64,000 nt of DNA from an uncultured Methanosarcinaceae archaeon (lineage in GTDB: Archaea; Halobacteriota; Methanosarcinia; Methanosarcinales; Methanosarcinaceae). The notes below the pieces were generated by a model that was given only the letters and a program-made list of their open reading frames with translations, had not been told where the DNA came from and did no database searches. The translations under genes were made by a program, and so were the position numbers. Of this stretch, positions 41,186 through 52,751 are shown in pieces. Positions within the stretch are counted from its first letter, which is position 1. Every line of letters starts with the position of its first letter. The DNA is taken from the NCBI GenBank assembly GCA_963833425.1, contig CAWHXP010000005.1:64001-128000 (forward strand). Direction: 5' to 3'.

Positions 41186-43178
41186 AGATTCCGATATTTT
41201 GGCTTTTATCTCCGACAAACCGAAAAAAGAGCCTGCAACTCAAATTAATTTAGATGCAAGAGAAAATAGAGAATTTGAGCAAATTCCTGAAGAGGATAAT
41301 TTTGTAAATAAGACGAGGGATAAGGTTGTGAATTCCCTCAAAGGCACTTTCAATCAGGATACAGCGCTTACATCTGAAACTCATTCTTTTTTCCCAGATT
41401 CTTCTATAAAATCCCAGGCTGTTAAGCTTTCTGAAAAAGAAGTTTTTCCCTTTGAAACCTTCGGAGGTTATGACGGCGAGACCTTAAATCTGTCCCCGTC
41501 TTCAGAAGCCTTCGGGATTGTTACCATAGGGATAGATCCTCTGGAAATAACCCCCTCAGGAGCTGTAATCACCGGTTTCATTACATCTTCAAGGCGGAAC
41601 GAAATAAGGCTCGGGACTTATGTGGTTTTGCCGTATGAGAGTGGAGAACAACTTTTTGCCCGTGTAGGTAAACTTCAGTATAGGCAAGAATTTGTGGTAG
41701 ATGACGCAACTGAAATACACTCAAGGAGAATTCTCAGTGCCCGCAGAGATCCGATATATGAAGCTGACTACAAATTTCTTGCCTGCCTTGACCCTCTTTG
41801 CATCCTGTACCGCAAGATCGATGGTACACTTACAAGAAGGATGGCAGACAGAATCCCTCGCCCCAACACTCCTATTCTACCTGTTACGAATAGAATTGAA
41901 GTGCAGACAGGGCTCAATATTCCTGAAGAGGGCATTTTCCTCGGGCACCTGAGCGTCGGGGGAGAACTTGTAAAAACCCATTCTGAGCCTGAAACAGTTG
42001 CATATTACCTCCGAAACGACTATTCTATGGGCGATCCTCTTATTTTCAGGCATATTCTTATCTGCGGGAGCACAGGGACAGGAAAAACTTTCCTTTCAAA
42101 AAATATTCTCCGCCAGTTCATGACAGAATACAACAGGTACAACGTGCGGAGTTCCCCTCATAAAGCCAGTAAAAATCCCTGCCTGGTTATTATGGACCCT
42201 CAAGATGAATATTCCCAGCTTTTTGAGGATAATGATACTTTAACAGAGGAAGATAATTTCAAGTTTGAATCCGAAAAAGTTGTTTATGGCAGGGTTCAGT
42301 CTACAAAAGCTTTTATAGCAAAGGTAAATGGGCAGAAATATTCTGGAGATAAGACAAGAGCTGAACAAATTGAGTTTACAATTCCTTTTTCCCTCGTAGA
42401 GCACAATTCATGGCTTATTGCAGCAGCTGGAATGTCAGAGCTTCAGTACATAGGGCTTGAGGTGCTTCTTGGAGATTTCTTTAAATCAAGCGTATCCCAT
42501 ACTTACCGTAATTTCATCGATCATATTGACAATGAGAGTACACGCTCATTCTACGTAGATAGCGGAAAACTTCATGAGTCTTCTTTTGACGGGATTGTTA
42601 GACGAACAAAAAGTCGATTTTTTTCGAAAGTCTTTGACCAGGATGCAACCTCAATTACCGATATCCTAGGCAGAATCTTCAAGCCGGGGCAAATTTCGGT
42701 TTTCCCAACCGAATATATAAGCGCTCCGAGAATCCGAGACCTTATAGTGCTCACTATCATGAGCCTGATAGTAGACAACAAGCTCAGCACCTCAGGTAAT
42801 GATGCTATCAAAGAAACGCCAATAATTTTGGGACTTGACGAAGCTCACCGTTATCTTTCTAGGGCAAATGGAGAACATGCTCGCCTAATCATTTCCCGTT
42901 TTGCTGATGCAGCTCGTCAGGGTAGAAAGGAAGGCCTCGGTCTTTTTTTAATCACGCAGGACCCCCAAGATATTGATGACACTGTTTTCAAACAGATCAA
43001 TACGAAGCTGATCCTTAACCTCAACAACGACGCAGCAATTACGTCTCTGAAAGTTCCGAAAGAGTATGAACGGAGAATTCCTTATCTTAAAAAAGGGCAA
43101 ATGATAATTAATTCCCCGGATAACAGCGATATCGTGGAAATAGTTGGGCTTTCTAATTGTTTAGTAAGACATGTTTGA
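41151..43178 (+). CDS. herA: HerA/FtsK-family ATPase (start possibly TTG 41175)
   Basis: HAS-barrel-like region, Walker A GSTGTGKT, DPQDEY, Walker B LDEAH, RQGRK and ITQDP. Confidence 0.88.
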   Translation: MILDGAILLKYEDSDILAFISDKPKKEPATQINLDARENREFEQIPEEDNFVNKTRDKVVNSLKGTFNQDTALTSETHSFFPDSSIKSQAVKLSEKEVFPFETFGGYDGETLNLSPSSEAFGIVTIGIDPLEITPSGAVITGFITSSRRNEIRLGTYVVLPYESGEQLFARVGKLQYRQEFVVDDATEIHSRRILSARRDPIYEADYKFLACLDPLCILYRKIDGTLTRRMADRIPRPNTPILPVTNRIEVQTGLNIPEEGIFLGHLSVGGELVKTHSEPETVAYYLRNDYSMGDPLIFRHILICGSTGTGKTFLSKNILRQFMTEYNRYNVRSSPHKASKNPCLVIMDPQDEYSQLFEDNDTLTEEDNFKFESEKVVYGRVQSTKAFIAKVNGQKYSGDKTRAEQIEFTIPFSLVEHNSWLIAAAGMSELQYIGLEVLLGDFFKSSVSHTYRNFIDHIDNESTRSFYVDSGKLHESSFDGIVRRTKSRFFSKVFDQDATSITDILGRIFKPGQISVFPTEYISAPRIRDLIVLTIMSLIVDNKLSTSGNDAIKETPIILGLDEAHRYLSRANGEHARLIISRFADAARQGRKEGLGLFLITQDPQDIDDTVFKQINTKLILNLNNDAAITSLKVPKEYERRIPYLKKGQMIINSPDNSDIVEIVGLSNCLVRHV

Positions 43179-43463
43179 TATTCTTCAGGCATAAATCTGC
43201 AAAAATCGAACAATTTTCCTGTAAAAATGAATCTTATACTCCCTGTTCAAATAAACTGATGTTTTAATGAACAATAGACAATAAAACAATGGTCAGTTTC
43301 CTTAGCCATAAAGTCTATTTTAACAGAGAACAAATTTCTGGGTTAAGGGAAGCACTTTCAGAGCCAATACCAATAGAATAGTCATTATACACAGTTGATG
43401 AAGGGATGTTCTTTCGGTTTCATTTTACATCAAAAGTTTTATTATAGGCAAATGCGTAGTTTA

Positions 43464-43499
43464 CATCTCAATATTGAGATGCATCTCAAAATTAAGGCA
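43464..43499. promoter_or_regulatory. Palindromic operator upstream of ribK-ribB (candidate RbkR site)
   Basis: Perfect 18-bp palindrome CATCTCAATATTGAGATG (43464-43481) abutting a degenerate copy CATCTCAAAATTAAGGCA. Lies downstream of a BRE/TATA-like AAAAGTTTTATTATA. Confidence 0.65.
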
Positions 43500-43514
43500 A
43501 AAAAGGTGCTGATA

Positions 43515-44210
43515 GTGCATGATATAGAATATCTGAAAAAACTCGCCCTTATAGGGGCAGTAAATAAAACAATTAAAGTATCTTCGAGTGAGTTTCAAAA
43601 GCATATTGTAGCAAGTTCCAAGACCGCAGCAAGAAAACTAAAGCAATTGGAAGAAGAAGGGCTGATCGAAAGGAAGATCGTCCCCGGTGGCCAGTTGATA
43701 AAGATAACAGAAAAGGGAATTGAAACTCTTAAGAATGAATATAGGGAGTACAGCAGTATCTTTTCTTCAGAGTCCTATAGCCTGGAACTTGAGGGAAACA
43801 TCTTTAAGGGACTTGGCGAGGGCCAATATTATGTAAATATACCTGGATACAGAAAACAATTTGAAGAAAAATTATGTTTCTCACCTTTTCCTGGAACTCT
43901 TAATATAAAAGTTTCCGGAAATAGTTTGACTGTGCTAAATAGATTACTGGAACTTCCGGCTGTCCAAATAGAGGGCTTTAATGATGGAAAACGCACTTTT
44001 GGGGGTGGGAGATGCTATCCTGTTAGTGTAAAAGGTATCGAAGCTGCTGTGGTAGCTCCTGAAAGAACGCACTACCCTTCAGATTTGATTGAGATCATTG
44101 CACCGGTAAAATTAAGAGATACCCTTAGCTTAAAAGACGGAGACAGAGTTGTAATACAGATTAAAAAAAGGGTCTGGAGAGCAAAAAATGAGCGAAAATA
44201 CTGTATATGA
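43515..44210 (+). CDS. ribK: CTP-dependent riboflavin kinase with N-terminal wHTH (RbkR-type)
   Basis: wHTH SSKTAARKLKQLEEEGLI; GLGEGQYY, PFPGTLN and PERTHY motifs. GTG start after an AGGTG RBS. Confidence 0.92.
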   Translation: MHDIEYLKKLALIGAVNKTIKVSSSEFQKHIVASSKTAARKLKQLEEEGLIERKIVPGGQLIKITEKGIETLKNEYREYSSIFSSESYSLELEGNIFKGLGEGQYYVNIPGYRKQFEEKLCFSPFPGTLNIKVSGNSLTVLNRLLELPAVQIEGFNDGKRTFGGGRCYPVSVKGIEAAVVAPERTHYPSDLIEIIAPVKLRDTLSLKDGDRVVIQIKKRVWRAKNERKYCI

Positions 44211-44928
44211 GTGTCTTAAATACAGAAATCAGAATATCAAAAGGGCTCTAAATGCCCTGAGTGCCGGGAAAATGATCCTGATTTATGATTCGGACTCAAG
44301 AGAAGGAGAAACCGATCTGGTAATTCCTGCAAAAGCAGTAACCTACAAAGACGTGAAACGGATGCGAAAAGATGCTGGTGGCCTTATCTGCGTTGCAGTA
44401 GACCCTTTGGTTGCTAAACAGTTAAGATTACCCCTTATGGCGGACTTAGTTAGCGAGGCCAGCAAAACCAGTGACTTTCTTGAAGAAATTGTGGAAAAGG
44501 TAGGGGACCTTGATTATGATTCACGTTCATCTTTTTCTCTTTGGGTCAATCACAGAGATACTAGAACTGGAATTCCGGATGATGAAAGAGCCCTTACTAT
44601 CCAAAAAATCGGAGAAATTACAGAAAAAAATATTTCTGGAGACATAACTCGTTTTGGAAACGATTTCAGAACCCCGGGGCATGTAGCCCTTCTGATAGCT
44701 GCTGAAGGCCTATTGGATGAGCGCAACGGACAAACCGAACTTTCAATTGCTCTCGCCCGTATGGCTGGAATTACTCCCGCAATGGTAGTTTGCGAGATGC
44801 TGGATGACAACAATGGTAAGGCCCTTTCCAAAGAAAAGGCAAAAGAATATGGCAAAGATAATGGACTTATATTCCTGGAAGGACAGGAAATAATTGAAGC
44901 TTATAAAATCTGGGCAGGTTCTGGATAA
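44188..44928 (+). CDS. ribB: 3,4-dihydroxy-2-butanone-4-phosphate synthase
   Basis: DSDSREGETD, GGLIC, TGIPDDERA, PGHV, GQTE and CEMLD motifs. Confidence 0.95.
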   Translation: MSENTVYECLKYRNQNIKRALNALSAGKMILIYDSDSREGETDLVIPAKAVTYKDVKRMRKDAGGLICVAVDPLVAKQLRLPLMADLVSEASKTSDFLEEIVEKVGDLDYDSRSSFSLWVNHRDTRTGIPDDERALTIQKIGEITEKNISGDITRFGNDFRTPGHVALLIAAEGLLDERNGQTELSIALARMAGITPAMVVCEMLDDNNGKALSKEKAKEYGKDNGLIFLEGQEIIEAYKIWAGSG

Positions 44929-45533
44929 TAATCAACTTTCTTTTTCCACTATCTTCCGTTTTTGTTCAGCTACATTTTTTTTCTTGGTTATTTGTTTATA
45001 TTGTGCCCTTGATTCTTCCGGCTTTTCGCAGATTTCCTCTAAAATAATATTTTTCACAACTTGTTCCCATCATGATATTTTTTTAATTCATTTAATTTTG
45101 CAATTTGCATCACTATTCGTAACTAGACATTCTGCCACTATTCAGTTGGAAGATATCTATTTTAATGTAATAGATACTACTGATTATTAACTGGAGGAAA
45201 AAAAAATCAAACTTTTGGTTTCCTCACCCCGCTAAAGCCACCGATTATATTCACACCAGAGCTCTGGGTATAAATGAATTATTCAAAATCAAATATTTTA
45301 AGGAATTTAAATAACCTCTTATTTTTACGGATCATAGATATAATATCTATCAAGCATATGAAATCATTAAAGATTTTATTGAAATCCTCACATTTTTATA
45401 GACTCAAAGGTTTTACATGAAGTAGTTACATTTTATAGCGCAAAGATAGCTTAAATTAAAGGTATTCGAGAAGTTTCCATCTACGCGGCAAGCTACAGGT
45501 ATTGACTAAATTAATTGAGAAACCTTACGAATA

Positions 45534-46133
45534 TCAGCGGTTGAATATTTTATCCAAGAAATACTGATGGATTCGAAGGTCATCGGTTAATTCCGGATGG
45601 AACGCAAGAGCCAGTATATTTCCCTGTTCTGCCATAACTATCAGATCGTCGAGAGTTGAAAACACACTCACCTCAGGTCCACAGTTGACTATTCCAGGAG
45701 CTCTGATAAATACGCCTCTAAAAGGAGAATCGAGAATTTCAACTTTAAGTTCCGTTTCAAAAGAATCCTTCTGCCTCCCAAAAGCGTTCCGGTTGACTTT
45801 AATATCCATAATCCCGAGTAGCTCCTGTCTAGTTTTTTCTATCTGCTCATCTCCTTCCTTTGCGAGCACAATCAACCCTGCACAAGTACCAAGAACTGGA
45901 ATTCCCTTCGCAGCCACATCTTTTATCTCTTCAGCAATTCCCTCACGGGCCAGAAGCCTGCAAAGAGTTGTACTCTCCCCTCCAGGAATCACAATCCCAC
46001 TACATTCAGGAACAAGACCCTGATGCTTTATTTGAACTATCTCTGCATCTCTCCCTCTTTTCACAAGAGCTCTCTTTAAAACATCAACATGCTCAGAAAC
46101 CGCACCTTGGATAGCGATTACACCTATCTTCAT
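45534..46133 (-). CDS. pdxT: PLP synthase glutaminase subunit
   Basis: PGGEST, GTCAGLI, RNAFGRQ, FIRAP and FHPEL motifs. Confidence 0.96.
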   Translation of the reverse strand: MKIGVIAIQGAVSEHVDVLKRALVKRGRDAEIVQIKHQGLVPECSGIVIPGGESTTLCRLLAREGIAEEIKDVAAKGIPVLGTCAGLIVLAKEGDEQIEKTRQELLGIMDIKVNRNAFGRQKDSFETELKVEILDSPFRGVFIRAPGIVNCGPEVSVFSTLDDLIVMAEQGNILALAFHPELTDDLRIHQYFLDKIFNR

Positions 46134-46501
46134 AAGAACACCATTTTCTAGAAATTAACTTTTTTGTTGGATTTAAAATTTTGAAAAATTAGGTACTATT
46201 AAGCCCGAGAAAAACAATATAAATAACTATCTTTACTACGATTCAATGAGCAAATTTCGGTGGGATGATTTTGTTTAACGCAGGCTATTGATTACATTTC
46301 TTACTTTTCAATCAATTGAAAACAAGAAGTATCTATCGCACCAAAATAGAGCTCTCTCAACGATTTTTGGTGGGCTAGATATTTATAAAATCAAATCAAT
46401 TTATTCTCACAGACTTGTAAGAAAGACGTATTTGTTAGATTTGAGTCTTTAGTCCTCTTGAGTGAAGCAAAAAGTACTCCCTGAAGATCTATTCGAATTT
46501 T

Positions 46502-47407
46502 TCACCAACCTCGTTCCTGAAGAGCTTCTTCTATGGGGATCATATCTGCGCTGATGCCCTTCATTCCGGAACCAATACCTTTCGATATCTCAGCAAGTCT
46601 TGCAGGGTTATCATAGTCATTTACACCTTCAACAATTGCTTTTGCCATTTTTTCAGGACTTTCAGCTTTAAAAATGCCTGAACCCACAAAAACTCCATCA
46701 GCTCCAAGTCGCATCATAAGAGCTGCATCCGCAGGGGTTGCAATTCCACCAGCCGCAAAATTAACCACAGACAAGCGCTGCATCTTTGCTGTTTCGATCA
46801 CGAGCTCTATCGGAGCTTCAATCTCCCTGGCAACCAGGATCAGTTCTTCTCTTGTCTTACCAGAAAGTGCACGTATTTCCCCCATAATCTGCTTCATGTG
46901 CTTCACTGCTTGGCTGACATCACCTGTTCCAGCTTCTCCCTTGGTCCGGATCATGGCTGCCCCTTCGTTAATCCTTCTAAGGGCTTCTCCGAGATTTCTA
47001 GCTCCGCAGACAAAAGGCACTGTAAACTGTGTCTTGTCTATGTGGAAGAAAGGATCAGCTGGGGTCAGCACTTCGGATTCGTCTACCATGTCAACACCAA
47101 GTGCCTCCAGAATTTCGGCTTCTACAAAATGCCCTATTCTAGCTTTTGCCATTACAGGGATAGTAACAGTATCAATGATTTGTTGAATTATTTCAGGATT
47201 TGCCATTCGGGCAACTCCACCAGCTTTCCGAATATCTGCAGGAACAGCCTGAAGGGCCATGACAGCCACCGCTCCGGCTTCTTCTGCGATTCTGGCTTGT
47301 TCAAGGGTTGTTACATCCATGATCACACCCCCTTTCTGCATCCTTGCAAAGCCCCGCTTGATAAGTTCTGTCCCGTGTCTCAATTTTTCAATGTCCATGA
47401 ATAGCAT
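46502..47407 (-). CDS. pdxS: PLP synthase lyase subunit (start may be 47398)
   Basis: [32 protein letters not shown] and [12 protein letters not shown] motifs. Confidence 0.97.
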   Translation of the reverse strand: MLFMDIEKLRHGTELIKRGFARMQKGGVIMDVTTLEQARIAEEAGAVAVMALQAVPADIRKAGGVARMANPEIIQQIIDTVTIPVMAKARIGHFVEAEILEALGVDMVDESEVLTPADPFFHIDKTQFTVPFVCGARNLGEALRRINEGAAMIRTKGEAGTGDVSQAVKHMKQIMGEIRALSGKTREELILVAREIEAPIELVIETAKMQRLSVVNFAAGGIATPADAALMMRLGADGVFVGSGIFKAESPEKMAKAIVEGVNDYDNPARLAEISKGIGSGMKGISADMIPIEEALQERGW

Positions 47408-48002
47408 CCTCTTGTTTTTGTCTTATTTATGATAATACACCTTTGGAAAATACTTTAATAAGTTTTAAAGTTGTCAAGTTTTTTCCATTAATCACAACAA
47501 AAAGTTAAGGTTTCAGTTTGTTGTTTTTCTAGTGTATTGTGAATACTCTCAATAGTTAAAAGCATTATTTAAGTCATTTCTTAATTAAAAAATACAGAAT
47601 AGACTAACTTATGACAATTTGAAATGCTTCTTTTAGGTAAAATATTGCAGTCATTTACAGTATTTTGAATCTACTGTAAATTTGAAATCAAATTTTTGCA
47701 TATTTTATAAAATTTGGTTCCCCATGATAATGAATTTTCTGTGTGATAATTTCTTGAGATTTTTAATTTTACAGAAAAATGAACATAGTTTTTCTTTTCA
47801 TAACCTATTATTTTGATCTACTTGTTTAATGCAATACATTGCAAAACCTTAATGCAAGTATTACTATATACGCACATGTTAATTTTCAAGCCTCCTACCA
47901 CTATTTAGCCCCATATATTATGCTACCTAATTATTTTTGAAGCTTAAAGTTCCCCTTGACCATGTTTTAATAGGCTGAGGACTTTACTGGAAAGGTGCCG
48001 AT

Positions 48003-48340
48003 AGAGGATTCTGATTTGCGTCTGATTTTGTTCCCTTCGCAGGAACCCTGCCCAAATAGTTCTCACTAATTTCTGTATTTAATCAGATTTTTTCTTTTCT
48101 TGTTCATAATTCGTTTTGATTTTAAAGATATCTTCCACTATACTTAAAATACTCCTCTTATTTTCAATGTAATCAATGACGGAGATCACACAAAAAGCTG
48201 TACAAACATCTTCAGAGTCGTTCTTTGAACATTAGTGGCAAGAAACGTTCCTGTTTTGACTATCTTTTGTAGTTATTGAATAGTCAGTTCCCTTGGAGTT
48301 CTTTTTGAATGACTGATCTTAATTCGCAATTATATCATTT
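48003..48340 (-). mobile_element. IS5 transposase 3'-end remnant
   Basis: 48118-48310 aligns by eye with 61372-61566 (GATTTTAAAGATA-CTTCC-CTA...AAAAGC-GTACA). Confidence 0.65.
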
Positions 48341-48652
48341 ATTCCTTCCTCTAATGAACCTGTACTCCAAAGAATGATGAGGGTGTTCAACTGAGAACGT
48401 TTTACCTGGCTGTTTTCATCAAAAAAAAATCTCAGAATAGCTTTTTCCTCTGTTAAAGAAGAAATGATAGGCTGGATATTTATTTAATTTCTATTTATTT
48501 TTTATGATAGTGTACTGAAAGTTTTGTAAAATTTATTGATCCCATTCATTTAATTCGCTACATAAAAAAACGCTGAGCCAATAGCTATGCTAATATAAAT
48601 TCTTTCATTATTTTTGAGATACATTCTCGTCTAAAAATCAATTAAGGATCGC

Positions 48653-49690
48653 TCAAGATCGCTTTAAATACTTCTGTACAAGCTCCGTATCTTTCAGTAA
48701 CTTAAAACTCACAAATCCTCCTACTAAAATATTTGTATAAAAAGTAAAAGCTCTCCATGCTGCCACTGCAATTCCGAGAATACTTACCGGCATAAAGGCT
48801 GAAAATATAGAAATTGCGGCAAATTCCGCTACTCCACTTGAACCCGGAGTCAAAGGTACAACAATAATAATGAGGAGCAGTACTTGCGCTGCAAAACAAA
48901 TTAATACAGAAGGAGGCTGATTGAGGCCAAGAAGAATTACTGGTAGAGAAGAAAAATCAACTATCCAGTATAAAATTGTATATGCGATTCCATAGAATAA
49001 ACCTACACGTCCTTTGGTACAAAAAAGATATATACTTTCATGAAACTCATCAATTTCTGCATCAATAAACTCCAAAAATTTATCTAGTTTCCCTCCAATT
49101 TTTTTACCACTAAAACGCTTGATCACCCACGCCACAAGACTGTTTATGGCAAGTTTAACATAACGAGGTCGTAGTAACGCAAAAAGCATTATGAAAAGAC
49201 TAATTATTGAAAGAAGTTCCCCTAATTCTAAAATTACGTTCATTCGTGGATCTGACAATATACCATGGAATAGGTATATAGAAAAAGGCGCAGCTAACAA
49301 CATTAATATAGCATCCAGTACGCGTTCACCCAAAATAACTGCAGTAGCCCTTCCAATTGGCACCTGATCCTGCCTTAGTAAATGAATCCTTAAAGGCTCT
49401 CCACCTATAGAAGAAGGAGTCAGAGCTGCAACGAAGGTTCCTGAAACTACAATTTCAAAAGATCTGAAAAGTCCTACTTTATGTCCGAGTGCAGAAGTCA
49501 TTGATTGTATGCGCAAACCCCATATAACGAAGGAAAATAAGTGAATAACAAACGCAGCTAATATATATCCAGGCCGAATTTCCCTCATAACTTCAATTGT
49601 AGTCTTATTAAGAGTGAAGATTAGAACGACTGCGATAGAAAATATACTAATCAAAATTGATCTTGTTACCCATTTAGTGTATTTTTTCAT
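48653..49690 (-). CDS. Flippase-like / lysylphosphatidylglycerol synthase TM-domain (UPF0104) membrane protein
   Basis: Multiple TM helices; TPSSIGGEPLR, ERVLD, PLTPGSSGVAE and WR motifs. Confidence 0.85.
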   Translation of the reverse strand: MKKYTKWVTRSILISIFSIAVVLIFTLNKTTIEVMREIRPGYILAAFVIHLFSFVIWGLRIQSMTSALGHKVGLFRSFEIVVSGTFVAALTPSSIGGEPLRIHLLRQDQVPIGRATAVILGERVLDAILMLLAAPFSIYLFHGILSDPRMNVILELGELLSIISLFIMLFALLRPRYVKLAINSLVAWVIKRFSGKKIGGKLDKFLEFIDAEIDEFHESIYLFCTKGRVGLFYGIAYTILYWIVDFSSLPVILLGLNQPPSVLICFAAQVLLLIIIVVPLTPGSSGVAEFAAISIFSAFMPVSILGIAVAAWRAFTFYTNILVGGFVSFKLLKDTELVQKYLKRS

Positions 49691-50937
49691 GAAAGCACAA
49701 TCCAGTTATTAACCTAACTTCACCAATTAAAGGAAAAAATGTTTTTTTATAGCCCTTAGACCAAATAAAGCAAACGATTTTTCCTAAAGGCTCAGAGGAA
49801 TATATTTCTTCCGATCTTAACATGCCCACAAGATTTTGTATTACTTCCCGAGTTTTGAATTATTACAACCGCCGGATCCTGGAGATAATGATGAGTTTTT
49901 GCGATACTAGAAGATATTAAAAAGTCTCATTCTTAACTTGACACTGGCAACTTGAGCTCATTTTCGATGCTTCACAAAACTACTTTCACTAATATAGACA
50001 ATTTAAGAATTCCTTATTACCATCTTTGGTTGGTGTCCATAAGTCATTGATCATTCCACAAAAAGAATACATCTTTTGCTTTTGAGGAAAATGTAAATGG
50101 TCATTTGCTTAAGGTTTTCAGTAGCTTATGGCCAAGCCAAATTTCTTAAGAATCTACTCTTTTCAGTGGATTATATACTTCAGTATTCCATATGTACCGG
50201 TAATTGAAATCTCGTACTTTTGTTTGAATTTATTCAGGAAGATCGTAAAGTAAAGATCAATAGCATTATATATTTTATGCAATGGTGCTTAATTTTCTAA
50301 GGAATCCATATCTCTACCCTACCGAGCCCGTTGGAAATCCTATGAGCATGAGTAGCCACTACAAAGGCATCTTTAAGGGAAGTATGGCTAAGGCGTCCAG
50401 TTAGCCTCCTCCGACTGATTCCGGAAGTTTAAGTATAGATTCAATATCTCAGGGAATTTGCTGTTATATTTTTGGAAAATAATTATTGAAGTTCCCTTAG
50501 GATATAATTATTGAGATAAATACGAAAAAGGGATCTCAAAGCCATTGTTATAATATTAATGGGAAATTTGGTGAGTCTTCGCATGAGTCCATCGATATAC
50601 ATGCTTGATAATTAATATTTGCAATATAAAAGTTGAGATATGGATTATATCACAAAAGCTAAACTATTCCAAATTGTATATCAGAGCACAAAGATCATTC
50701 TCTTCACTCAAGTGGACTGAGGAGAAATATAATCTGAAAAAGCCAGTGAATTAAAAAGTTGAGGTGGAAAAATTATAAAGCTAACCTCTAAATTCAAACA
50801 GGAATGAAATCTTTATAGATATGATCATCTACTCGATTACCGAGGTATTGTGCAGATTTATTATACGTATTTACAATATATTTAAATTTAATTCATCAAT
50901 TAATTTAAAATTAGATTAATTATTCCTCTAAAGGAAA

Positions 50938-51009
50938 AGCCAAGATCCGGATTCGAACCGGAATGAAATCGCTCTGCAGGCGATTGCGTAGCCACTCCGC
51001 CATCTTGGC
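50938..51009 (-). tRNA. tRNA-Cys (GCA)
   Basis: GCCAAGATGGCGGAGTGGCTACGCAATCGCCT-GCA-GAGCGATTTCATTCCGGTTCGAATCCGGATCTTGGCT. Full cloverleaf, U73 discriminator, CCA not encoded. Confidence 0.97.
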
Positions 51010-51432
51010 ATTTTTACATAATTTTATTATGATGCTCAGCATTCGTGTAGGTGAATTAAAGGAATTTCTGATATATAAATATTTAGTTTAAGGGGGCTAC
51101 TTCCTAAATAAACACATATTATTCAAATATATTTAGTTCTCTCATAGAAGGAGATATCCCAATTGGAAAGTAAACCTTGGTAAGACGGCTAATCCTGCTA
51201 CAACAATAGCCAATATTAGCATGAGAATAGTGGAAAGGAGTATATATCTAACAGATCTCCCCACGATAACATTATGTACAGAACATACTACTCACAAAGT
51301 AGACATATCTAGTAAATCCAGATGGTCAAACATAGTGGAGAATCCAGGGAAATGCCATCTTGAAGGAACATAAAATATGAATCTTACAGCATCCTCGCAA
51401 CTTCCAGACTCTAAGTACTCTATAAAAAAATA

Positions 51433-51524
51433 TAGATCATATAATTAAACCCCAATTTCAACAAATTGCTTAAATATTCTTTTATCCACAACCAGCTTAA
51501 AACTGGGATCTATTAAAAATCTAT
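51433..51524. mobile_element. ~90-bp IS5-related MITE copy (degenerate ends)
   Basis: ATTTCAACAAATTGCTTA...CAACCAGC core shared with 10410-10502 and 16277-16365. Confidence 0.6.
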
Positions 51525-51526
51525 AT

Positions 51527-52715
51527 AGAGAATTCAATAAACTTCTAGCATTCGATCATTGGGGAGTTTAAGTCTCTCAATATCAATTTTCACTCATGAA
51601 AACTCGTAATCATTTTGCTCTTAAAGATGAATAAATAAATCTTCAATTAGTTAGAGACAAATTTGCTGAAACTTAATCCTTAGAGAATTTCAATAAACTC
51701 CTAAATAGCTAATTGTTGGAGAGTATCAATATCTTAAAATAACTTATACTAATAAAAAACTTACTGATTTTACTCTTAAAGAAGGATACATACGTCTTCA
51801 GTCACCTGGACACAAACTTAATAAAATTGATTTCTTAATTGATCGAAAAACTTTTCGTATCATTTTTGACTTCATATATTTAAACGAAATAATTTTATGA
51901 GGCAGACCAACACTGAAGTAATCATCATGTCAAGAATTGTTTTTTTTACAGTAAATACATGATCTTTCCTACTTTGAATTTGAGAAACAATGTATTAAAT
52001 CAAATTTCTTCCAGAAATTTCTTGGTTTTCTTGAGCAAATACTGACGGTATCATAGTCTGATATTCAAAAAAACATTTATAATGCAATGAAAAGAGATCA
52101 TAGACAATTGCAAAGCCATCTTGATTGCCTTTTTTGGAAATAAACACTGAGGCGATACATGATGCTACTTTTATCCATTCAGATCTTCGAAATACAAAAG
52201 AGAGAGCTCGAGGAAATTAAGCAAAAACAAGGAGAAAAAGAGGCTATGCTTAGAAAAAAAATCACAGTAAGTCATACTTTGAATATAAATTTCATAGCAA
52301 AATAAACAGGAATTATGAGCTGATAGGAGATTCAAAACAACAACTCCGTAACTTCATTATTCTCAGGTAGATTTATCTGAAAAAAATGAGTGATTTACAG
52401 AAACACAGGATACTTTTGAGCAAAATCAAAAGCTATGATTCAAAAATGAAAATAGCAGAAAAAGAACATCCTACGGGAATGAGTGATATATTAAGAAACC
52501 ATAGATCAGCTTAAAAAAAAGCCAAGTGGAACGAGTTTATGCAGTAACTAAAAAGATATTTAAAGCGGGGAAAGTTCTTGTCACACTGTCCAAAGTGTGA
52601 GTCTGAAAATTTTTTGTAGCTTTTTGTCATAATATCTATTATTTGATTACATTGTAAATAAAAAGAATATTTTACGGTTAGTGGAAGCTATATTTGAAAT
52701 CAAAGAATGAAAATT
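51527..52715 (+). mobile_element. Truncated IS5 left end (51527-51681) followed by a nearly full-length, heavily decayed IS5 copy (51682-~52715)
   Basis: Two TIR-like starts, AGAGAATTCAATAA and AGAGAATTTCAATAA, each followed by MKTxxxFALK-like coding remnants. The second is colinear with the 61261-62395 transposase through to its 3' end. Confidence 0.75.
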
Positions 52716-52751
52716 ATTAAGCCGATATTTTCAGGATGCATGGAGCCTTCA

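Noticed and set aside
50290..50430. Possible PHP-domain gene remnant on the minus strand
   Set aside because: Resemblance is limited to one short peptide (VVATHAHRISNGLG); unsupported.
50938..51009. tRNA-Cys as the integration site of the PolA element
   Set aside because: It lies 40 kb away across core genes, and no duplicate of its 3' end was seen near the integrase.
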